Shown: positions 46,841 to 54,561 of the stretch, piece after piece | Numbering within the stretch: the stretch's first letter is position 1 | Layout of the letters: each line of letters begins with the position of its first letter | Source of the DNA: an uncultured Candidatus Saccharibacteria bacterium | GTDB lineage: Bacteria > Patescibacteriota > Saccharimonadia > CAILAD01 > GCA-016700035 | DNA length: 64,000 nucleotides | Direction: 5' to 3' | Assembly: GCA_964646575.1 (NCBI GenBank) | Contig: CAZYFT010000001.1 | Span: forward strand, 8,118-72,117 | Program-made: the position numbers and the translations under genes | Notes under the pieces: generated by a model | Told to the model about the DNA's origin: nothing | What the model saw: the letters and a program-made list of their open reading frames with translations, nothing else | The model's database searches: none

Positions 46841-49705
46841 GTGAAAAAAACTACATCAAAGTATATTGAAGGGCTTAACCCTGAACAGAAAGCAGCCGTG
46901 TGTCATCTGGAAGGCCCTGCAATGGTAATCGCCGGTGCTGGCACTGGTAAGACTAAGGTTATTACTTCACGTATTGCGTATCTCATCGAGCAAAAACATG
47001 CACAGCCTGAAGAGATTTTGGCCCTCACATTTACCGAGAAGGCTGCTGTTGAGATGGAAGAGCGAGTGGACATGCTTTTGCCATACGGGTACGTTGATAC
47101 GCATATCAAGACCTTTCATGCACTTGGTTATGAAATCTTGCAGGAATATGGCTTCGAGCTGGGGCTGCCACCAAATCTGAAGGTGATTTCTAGCTTACAG
47201 CAACACATTATCTTGCAGGAGGTTCTTGAGGACTTTGAGGATATCATGCATTTCCGTCCAGCCCACAATCCGGGGCAGTTTCGTGCGGCTTTACTGCAAT
47301 TATTTTCTCGACTAAAAGATGATGGCCTCATGCCAGGGGAGTATGCCGAGCAGCTAAAATCACTTTATGAAGAGCAAACGGAATTGCTAGATGAAGAGGG
47401 CTGGCAAAAATACCACGAGGCTGCCAAAATATACGGACAATATCAAGCGCGTTTGCAGGAAAAAGGCTTGATTGATTATGGTGATCAGCTTTTATATGTG
47501 TATACTTTGCTGCAAAAAAAACAACATATACGTGATATTTATCAAAAAATGTACAAGTTTGTACTCGTTGATGAGTATCAGGATACTAACCGGCTGCAAT
47601 CAAAAATCGTACATCTTTTATTGAGCTCGCAGCAAAATCTCATGGTTGTCGGTGATGACGATCAGTCGATATATCGCTTTAGGGGGGCGGATATAGACAA
47701 TATGCTTGGATTTAAGGAGGCATACCCTAAGACTCAGTTTTTTGTGCTATCCGAGAACTATCGTTCTAGCCAGCATATTGTTGATGCAGCTTATTCACTT
47801 ATACAACACAACAATCCGGCGCGTCTGGAGGTTCAGACAGGTCTAAATAAGAAGCTTCATGCCCAGTCTCGTGGACGTCGGCCGGTGGTACAGCAGTATA
47901 AAGATAGCCATGAAGAATTTCACGCTATTGCTGCTGATATAAAAAAACGGAAATCGGCTGGAGAGGCGTTGGGGGGTGTTGCGATATTGTGTCGGAATAA
48001 TTCCCAAACTGAAGAAATGATACATTATTTACAACATTTAGGTATATCTGTAGCTACGCAAGCCAACGGCAACTTATTACATATACCGGTCGTGCGACAG
48101 TGCATAGATTTCGTACGCGTTTTACACGACGTAGAGGATTCTGCGGCTCTATATCGTTATCTGGTTTCACCAAAGATACTAGCCAGCACGCCAAAAGTTA
48201 TGGAGTTAAGTGCTGAGGCACAGCGTAATAGGATTCCACTGAGTGATGTGATAGTAGATAGGCGCGAAGAAGCTACATATGAATACAATGCGGTGAAAGC
48301 TCTTGAGGCATATCGAGAAATTGCCCACAACCATACCATTGGTGAGATATTGTATAAATTTATAACAGATGGGGGCTATCTTGATAGCCTGGCTAATCAG
48401 GCGCTCTCAGAGAGCCAGGCTGCTCAGTCGGTTCAGCAGCTTGCAGCTTTTTTCACACTAGTTAAAGAATTTGAGGCTGTTGAGAAGCATCGTGATAGTT
48501 ATCATTTTTGGAATTACATTCAGGACATGTATAGCTCCGATGTGCTTCAGGATGTTGAACTTATGGATGAAGCACAGGGTGTTCATGTTCTGACCGTACA
48601 TCGCTCTAAAGGGCTAGAATTTGAAACAGTGTACTTATACGACATGACTGAGGGGAATTTTCCAGCTACTCGAAGATCGGACAGTATTAAAAATCTCACA
48701 GATTTAACGGCAGAGCCCAAGGATGTTGCCTTGCGCCATGAACAAGAAGAGCGTCGCTTAATGTATGTGGCGATGACGCGCGCTAAAAAGAACCTTATAC
48801 TAACTTTCTCCCCCGATCACGGGGGCAAGCGGGCTCGTAAGGCCTCTCGCTTTTTGCTAGAGGCATTTGGGACGAGCCTAGCCGTTCAGGACAACGAGGG
48901 GAGTGGTGGGCTGCCCGCAATTTTAACCCGCTATGGGCCGAAGAGGCAGTCTGGAACCGAATTGCCAGCCTTCCCGGTGTCGGAAGACGGATATATAACA
49001 CTCACACCTAATCAGATAGCAGATTACTTGGCTGATCCTTCGCGGTTTTTTGTACGCCATGTTCTTAGATTCCCCATGCCACCATCACACCAAATGGTAT
49101 ATGGTATCTCGATTCACGCCGCTTTAGAATATTTTTATACCGAGAAACTTTCTGGACGTGTGCCGAGAATCGAGATAATGCTTGATGTTTTTCGTAGTGC
49201 CTGGCGCAGTGAAGGGTTTGTCTCAATCCGTCATGAAAATGAACGTCGTAAGCAAGGTGAAGTGAGCCTAAAGCAGTATTATTCACATCATATAGATGTG
49301 GCCGAACCGATTGTCGCAGTAGAGCAGGAGTTTACTCTGGAGATCGAGGAGTTCAAAGTAAATATTCGGGGAAGGTATGACCTTGTTGTGAAAAATACAG
49401 ATGTTGATGGTGTATCAATTAGGGATTTCAAGACGAGTCATGTTGCCAACGAGCGGGTAGCAAAAGACAAAGTTCGCGACTCGATTCAGATGGGGATCTA
49501 TGCCTTAGCGTGGGACCAGCTCAATACCGATAAAACGGCGTCTATTGCCCTCTACTTTACTGAGTCACAGTTGCTGGCTGAGCGCACTAAGATTGAACAC
49601 GAAAAGACGCTGAAGAAGATAGCCGAGGCGGTGACCGGTATCCGCGATGGGAGATACCCACGTCGCGGAAACCTAACCGATCTGGAGACTGAGGGGCTTA
49701 TATAA
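46841..49705 (+). CDS. UvrD/PcrA-family helicase fused to C-terminal PD-(D/E)xK nuclease
   Basis: AGAGTGKT, DEYQD, GDDDQSIYRFRG, EERRLMYVAMTRA; RGRYD..RDFKT. Confidence 0.92.
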   Translation: MKKTTSKYIEGLNPEQKAAVCHLEGPAMVIAGAGTGKTKVITSRIAYLIEQKHAQPEEILALTFTEKAAVEMEERVDMLLPYGYVDTHIKTFHALGYEILQEYGFELGLPPNLKVISSLQQHIILQEVLEDFEDIMHFRPAHNPGQFRAALLQLFSRLKDDGLMPGEYAEQLKSLYEEQTELLDEEGWQKYHEAAKIYGQYQARLQEKGLIDYGDQLLYVYTLLQKKQHIRDIYQKMYKFVLVDEYQDTNRLQSKIVHLLLSSQQNLMVVGDDDQSIYRFRGADIDNMLGFKEAYPKTQFFVLSENYRSSQHIVDAAYSLIQHNNPARLEVQTGLNKKLHAQSRGRRPVVQQYKDSHEEFHAIAADIKKRKSAGEALGGVAILCRNNSQTEEMIHYLQHLGISVATQANGNLLHIPVVRQCIDFVRVLHDVEDSAALYRYLVSPKILASTPKVMELSAEAQRNRIPLSDVIVDRREEATYEYNAVKALEAYREIAHNHTIGEILYKFITDGGYLDSLANQALSESQAAQSVQQLAAFFTLVKEFEAVEKHRDSYHFWNYIQDMYSSDVLQDVELMDEAQGVHVLTVHRSKGLEFETVYLYDMTEGNFPATRRSDSIKNLTDLTAEPKDVALRHEQEERRLMYVAMTRAKKNLILTFSPDHGGKRARKASRFLLEAFGTSLAVQDNEGSGGLPAILTRYGPKRQSGTELPAFPVSEDGYITLTPNQIADYLADPSRFFVRHVLRFPMPPSHQMVYGISIHAALEYFYTEKLSGRVPRIEIMLDVFRSAWRSEGFVSIRHENERRKQGEVSLKQYYSHHIDVAEPIVAVEQEFTLEIEEFKVNIRGRYDLVVKNTDVDGVSIRDFKTSHVANERVAKDKVRDSIQMGIYALAWDQLNTDKTASIALYFTESQLLAERTKIEHEKTLKKIAEAVTGIRDGRYPRRGNLTDLETEGLI

Positions 49706-50134
49706 ATGATGTCCGTGAGTTATCGTGACCAAGAGTGGCTCGAGAATTTACTGGCTGATATTTGGTATCAGCACTTTCGGGATGTTGAGCAGAACAATGA
49801 TGTGATGATTATTTGGGCTAAGCGCGCCAAGCGCCGTCTGGGCTCCATTGAGATGGATAGTCGTGACGGACGTACCTCGATTATTAAGGTGAATAGGCTT
49901 TTTCAGGATCTTGCCGTACCGGAGTATGTAATACGGGCTACTATTGTTCACGAAATGACGCACTATGCTCATGGTTTTGGTTCGCCTCATGAACAGAAGC
50001 AGAAGCATCCGCATAGTGGAGGCGTGATTCGCAAGGAGTTTGCAGAAAGAGGCTTGGTGGATTTGTATTTGAAGCAGAAGCGCTGGCTGAAGGATAACTG
50101 GCGCGACTTTTTACTGGAACGAGGCATGTTGTAG
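49706..50134 (+). CDS. SprT-like zinc metalloprotease
   Basis: RRLGSI, IVHEMTHY, HPH.G. Confidence 0.75.
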   Translation: MMSVSYRDQEWLENLLADIWYQHFRDVEQNNDVMIIWAKRAKRRLGSIEMDSRDGRTSIIKVNRLFQDLAVPEYVIRATIVHEMTHYAHGFGSPHEQKQKHPHSGGVIRKEFAERGLVDLYLKQKRWLKDNWRDFLLERGML

Positions 50135-50171
50135 GCATTTTGTTCGTTTTTTGAGGTATACTGGTAGTGTT

Positions 50172-51254
50172 ATGGAAGTCGTATTAATCATACTTTTGGT
50201 TGTTATCGTAGCAGCCCTTATATTCTTAATTATTCGTAGCCTAAAGCCTGCCAGTGCACCTTCTGCTGAGCTAGATGTGGCATCGGTGCAGCTGCTAAAG
50301 CAAGATTTGCAGGGAATGCAGCAGCTCTTGGCGCAGACTCAGTCAGCCATGCAGGACAGGCTTGATAAGAATAATGCCAATGTACAGGAAAGTGTCCATC
50401 AGCAAATGCGTCAATCATCAGAAATCATCCGGCAGGTTACAGAACGTTTAACCCAACTAGATGAGACCAATAAGCGCGTTGTGGATATTACATCGGAACT
50501 TAAAACCTTACAGAATGTTTTACAAAACCCCAAGCAACGTGGAGTCCTGGGGGAGTACTATCTGTCACAAGTTTTAGAAAATGTTTTACCGCCTACGCAG
50601 TATAAATTACAATATGGCTTCAAAAATGGGGATATTGTTGATGCTGTTATCTTTTTAGATAAAGGAAAGATTTTGCCGGTCGACTCTAAGTTTAGTTTAG
50701 AGAACTATAATCGCCTGGTTGAATGCAAGGATGCTGCCGAACGGGAGCGTCTCGTGCGTCAGTTTAAGCAAGATTTAAAGGGCCGTATAGATGAGACATC
50801 AAAATACATTCGTCCTCATGAGGGCACTATGGACTTTGCTTTCATGTTTATTCCTTCAGAGGCAATTTATTACGATCTATTAGTGAATAAGGTGGGGGCT
50901 GCCAATACTACCGCACGCGACCTTATTGAGTATGCGTTTAGAGATAAGCATGTCATCATTGTGTCCCCAACGTCTTTCATGGCTTACCTGCAGACTGTCT
51001 TGCAAGGGTTGCGTTCTTTGCAGATAGAGGAGCAGGCACGGGAGATTCAGGAGAGGGTTGGTTTGCTTGCACGACACCTGAAGAGTTACGATACGTACAT
51101 GCAGAAGATGGGGAATTCGCTCTCTACAACTGTTGGTCATTACAATACTGCCTATAAGGAGTTTAAGAAAGTAGATAAAGATGTCGTGAAGATTGCTGAG
51201 ACCGAACAGGCAATCGAGCCACTGTTGGTTGATAAACCATCGGCTGAAGACTAA
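50172..51254 (+). CDS. rmuC: DNA recombination protein RmuC
   Basis: N-terminal TM, coiled coil, KQRG.LGE, VDSKF, FMFIPSE, SPTS. Confidence 0.92.
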   Translation: MEVVLIILLVVIVAALIFLIIRSLKPASAPSAELDVASVQLLKQDLQGMQQLLAQTQSAMQDRLDKNNANVQESVHQQMRQSSEIIRQVTERLTQLDETNKRVVDITSELKTLQNVLQNPKQRGVLGEYYLSQVLENVLPPTQYKLQYGFKNGDIVDAVIFLDKGKILPVDSKFSLENYNRLVECKDAAERERLVRQFKQDLKGRIDETSKYIRPHEGTMDFAFMFIPSEAIYYDLLVNKVGAANTTARDLIEYAFRDKHVIIVSPTSFMAYLQTVLQGLRSLQIEEQAREIQERVGLLARHLKSYDTYMQKMGNSLSTTVGHYNTAYKEFKKVDKDVVKIAETEQAIEPLLVDKPSAED

Positions 51255-51269
51255 TTTGAAGGAAGTTTT

Positions 51270-52262
51270 ATGAAAAAACGCGTATTATCAGGAATTAAGC
51301 CAACCGGAGATGTCCATCTTGGAGGATATCTTGGAGCGATGCGTGAGTGGCCTAAATATCAGTCGCCCGACAATGAGGTGTTTTATTTTATCGCCGATTT
51401 GCATGCCCTCAATACTCGCCCTAAACCTAGTGAACTACGAGATAAGACTTATGATTTGGTGGCATGGCTACTGGCCCTCGGTATCGACAGCGAACGCAAT
51501 CCAATCTATTTACAGTCGCAGATCCCGGAGCACAGTGAACTGTGTTGGCTCTTAAATAACTTCGTTACCATGGGTGAGCTTTCGCGTATGACCCAATATA
51601 AGGACAAGGCCAAGAAAGGCGGCTCTGAGGGCCAGCTAGTGGCGTTATTTACGTACCCTGTATTAATGGCTGCTGATATCTTGCTGTATAGTGCTGATGA
51701 GGTGCCAGTAGGTGAGGATCAGACGCAGCATGTAGAGCTCACTCGAGATATTGCACAGCGCTTTAACGGTGTATATGGGGATGATTTCTTGAAGCTGCCA
51801 GCCTTTACAAACCCGGCTCATTCAGCACGAGTGATGATGCTAGATGATCCACTGCGCAAGATGAGTAAAAGTGAAGGAGGGGATGGCTGTGTGTATCTAG
51901 CCGATTCTGATGAGGTTATTATGCGCAAGTTTAGCCGGGCTGTAACTGATTCTGAAGCAACCGTGCGCTTCGATAGGGGGAAACAGCCAGGAGTGAGTAA
52001 TCTTCTCGAGATATTTGCTGCTATAAAGGGTAAGGATACGGAGGAGCTTGAGAGGGAATTTGCAGGAGTAGGTTACGGGGACTTCAAGAAAGCGGTTGCT
52101 CAGGCTGTGCTCACCGAGCTAGGACCAATCAAGGCAGAATATAGCCGCCTGCGCTCAGATGAGGGGTATTTGGATCGCGTTCTTCAGCGTGGTCGAGAGC
52201 GGGTAAGTAGTGAGGCTCGTTCAAGACTCGTTGAGTTGAAGCAAACAATTGGACTATTGTAA
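51270..52262 (+). CDS. trpS: Tryptophan--tRNA ligase
   Basis: SGIKPTG.VHLGGYLG, YPVLMAADILLY, VPVGEDQ, KMSKS. Confidence 0.98.
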   Translation: MKKRVLSGIKPTGDVHLGGYLGAMREWPKYQSPDNEVFYFIADLHALNTRPKPSELRDKTYDLVAWLLALGIDSERNPIYLQSQIPEHSELCWLLNNFVTMGELSRMTQYKDKAKKGGSEGQLVALFTYPVLMAADILLYSADEVPVGEDQTQHVELTRDIAQRFNGVYGDDFLKLPAFTNPAHSARVMMLDDPLRKMSKSEGGDGCVYLADSDEVIMRKFSRAVTDSEATVRFDRGKQPGVSNLLEIFAAIKGKDTEELEREFAGVGYGDFKKAVAQAVLTELGPIKAEYSRLRSDEGYLDRVLQRGRERVSSEARSRLVELKQTIGLL

Positions 52263-52314
52263 AAAATACACCAGCTTTTTACAGAGTAAACAGTCGAAAA
52301 ATACCCAAAACTTA

Positions 52315-52343
52315 TTGACAAAGCATAAGGACTTTGCTAAACT
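52315..52343 (+). promoter_or_regulatory. Near-consensus sigma70 promoter
   Basis: TTGACA-17 nt-TAAACT with extended TG. Confidence 0.75.
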
Positions 52344-52349
52344 AGAGTC

Positions 52350-52903
52350 AATCTAGTTCATTCAAAACCAAAAACAAAAACCAAGTTACATTCCTTTTCT
52401 ATAAATAACGCCGCAAGTCGCTTGGTCTCAATAAAGAGCGACTTGTATTTTTTATAGCTGAACAGTAGGGTAACTCCGACCTGTAGACACCCCCCTTGTC
52501 TCGGGTCGGGCTTCCCCTACTGTTCTAGGGTGCCTCATCGAGAGAGGCGACCATTCCCGACAGATAAATCCTTGTTTAAAGCACGAGAAGACGAGCATCC
52601 CGCACGCCTCTTTATACGCTTTAAGTCTGATCAGTCAGTCCAAACAACCGAAACTGATCAACGAAGATTTGCCTAGACGAATGGTAGGGAAACCGGAGCA
52701 GACGAAAAAAAAACAACTAAACGCACCTTTCGTCTCGAACAAAGTCTGCACCAAAACTTGGATACCTAGGCTTCATCAAGCTTAGATACCCCTCACCGGG
52801 GCAGCACGTGCCAATTGAATCTTTCTCTTTAGGGCAGATGTGACTGCCCCGTAACCACTTACTTACTCATCAGAAATCACCCGTTTGTCAGGGTGATTTT
52901 TTT
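52350..52903 (+). ncRNA. Candidate large structured noncoding RNA of unknown family
   Basis: No ORF of 60 aa or more in any frame; eight or more helices; promoter upstream; terminator aaatcaccc/gggtgattt plus T run at 52872-52903. Confidence 0.55.
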
Positions 52904-53167
52904 GTTAGCGAATTGCAGTCCTGTGAGAGCACGTGCATTGTACGCTCTGGCCTCAAACTTATACGGTGCAGGGTCTGCATTGCCATAATGGCAAAAAGGG
53001 AAGAGCGGAATTATTGGGCAATTAGTTTACTCATAAGTATGAATAAAAATAGTAGTCAAAACAAAAATCGAAAATAGAAAAATATATTTAGTGTTCATAT
53101 TTTGGCAAAAAGTATTCAAATGTGGATACTGTGGAAAAAGCATTGGAAAATAGAGATAATAGAGTCT

Positions 53168-53563
53168 ATGCGAGACGCATCCTACAAACAGCTAGGGCTC
53201 TACATATCTGTCACAATTTTTTCGCTCATTCTGTCTTTGAGTGTAGTGGCATTTCTCTTGCTAGCAACTTCACCGAGAGACATAGGTGCTTTAGGCGTAA
53301 CAGTTTGGTTTATAGGCCTATTTGTACTGGCTACATCTTCTATTTTGTTGGTGCGTTATAATTTTGGAAGACATCGACATCCTGAGCCCCAGGAGCGTTT
53401 TGCGGTGTATAAACGCTCGCTCAGAGGGAGTGCCGTGATGGGGCTTTTTTTTGCAATTGCTCTTGCGATGCAAAGTTTGAGGATGCTGAATCTGGGGGAT
53501 ATACTGCTCTTCCTGCTAACTCTTGCTATAATTGAACTATATTTCCGCACGAAAAAATCATGA
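53168..53563 (+). CDS. Four-TM hypothetical membrane protein coupled to pheS
   Basis: Four hydrophobic helices; ATGA overlap with pheS. Confidence 0.75.
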   Translation: MRDASYKQLGLYISVTIFSLILSLSVVAFLLLATSPRDIGALGVTVWFIGLFVLATSSILLVRYNFGRHRHPEPQERFAVYKRSLRGSAVMGLFFAIALAMQSLRMLNLGDILLFLLTLAIIELYFRTKKS

Positions 53564-54561
53564 ATGACACTCAAACAGAACTGCGTCAGGTTCAATCTGA
53601 CTTTACTGCTCGTTTAGCTGAGGTGAAGACCCAGCCAGATTTGCTTACTTTAAAATCGGACTTTCTCGGTAAAAAGGGGAGGCTGCAGGCCATTTTGAAG
53701 TCTCTGAGCGCGCTTTCAGTAGATGAGCGGCGGGATATTGGCGCTCGGGCCAATGCATTAAAGAAGGAAATAGAGGGGCAGCTAGCGCGGCAAGAGTTTG
53801 TTATTGCAGAGAGCGCTGACGCGTCACTCTCTTCAGTTGATCTATCTTTACCTATACGTAGCGAGCAGCGGGTGGGGCATGGACACCCTACACAGCTTGT
53901 TTTAGACGATATTTATGAAGTGTTCTTGCGCTTGGGCTTCGCGGTTGTTGATGGGCCTGAGGTAGAGACTGATTGGTATAACTTTGAGGTCCTTAATATG
54001 CCGGCAGATCACCCAGCCCGGGATATGCAGGATACGTTTTATTTGGAGGCTGAAGAAGGCGCGGTGCCTTTGGTGCCGAGAACACACACCTCGGCTTCGC
54101 AAATTCGCTATCTGGAGACTCATAAGCCACCGTTTAAGATTATCGTGCCCGGGAAAGTCTATCGCAATGAAGATGAGGATAGAACTCACTCCTGGACATT
54201 TTATCAGGTGGAGGGCTTGGTGGTTGGCGAGGGTGTGAGCATGGCGGATCTAAAGGGCACATTGTTACACTGCGTACAATCTTTGCTTGGTTCAGATGTG
54301 AAGATTCGCTTTAGGCCAAGCTTTTTCCCATATACCGAGCCGTCTGTTGAGGTTGACGTGTGGTATCAAAATGAGTGGCTTGAGGTTGGCGGTGCTGGTA
54401 TGGTGCACCCACATGTTTTGGCGCGTGGTGGAGTGGATCCGGAGCACTTTTATGGGTTTGCTTTTGGGTTTGGTCCAGATCGGTTGGCGCTTATTCGCTA
54501 TGGCTTAACGGATTTGCGCAAGCTATGGCGCCCCAATCTTCTGATGAGTGAGGATTTATGA
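53560..54561 (+). CDS. pheS: Phenylalanine--tRNA ligase alpha subunit
   Basis: HPARDMQDTFY, RTHTS, FYQVEG, FPYTEPS, GFAFGFG. Confidence 0.98.
   Translation: MNDTQTELRQVQSDFTARLAEVKTQPDLLTLKSDFLGKKGRLQAILKSLSALSVDERRDIGARANALKKEIEGQLARQEFVIAESADASLSSVDLSLPIRSEQRVGHGHPTQLVLDDIYEVFLRLGFAVVDGPEVETDWYNFEVLNMPADHPARDMQDTFYLEAEEGAVPLVPRTHTSASQIRYLETHKPPFKIIVPGKVYRNEDEDRTHSWTFYQVEGLVVGEGVSMADLKGTLLHCVQSLLGSDVKIRFRPSFFPYTEPSVEVDVWYQNEWLEVGGAGMVHPHVLARGGVDPEHFYGFAFGFGPDRLALIRYGLTDLRKLWRPNLLMSEDL

Noticed and set aside
52681-52785. 34-aa ORF MVGKPEQTKKK...
   Set aside because: No SD, runs through helices and a poly-A tract; no recognisable features
52625-52875. Hammerhead ribozyme or SRP RNA inside the candidate ncRNA
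   Set aside because: CTGATCA (plus) and CTGATGA (minus) lack the correctly placed stem II-GAAA core; SRP domain IV motif not matched
53030-53140. oriC (AT-rich tract with TGTGGATAC and TGTGGAAAA DnaA-box-like sites)
   Set aside because: Only mismatched boxes; no dnaA/dnaN nearby; gene orientation does not switch across the site
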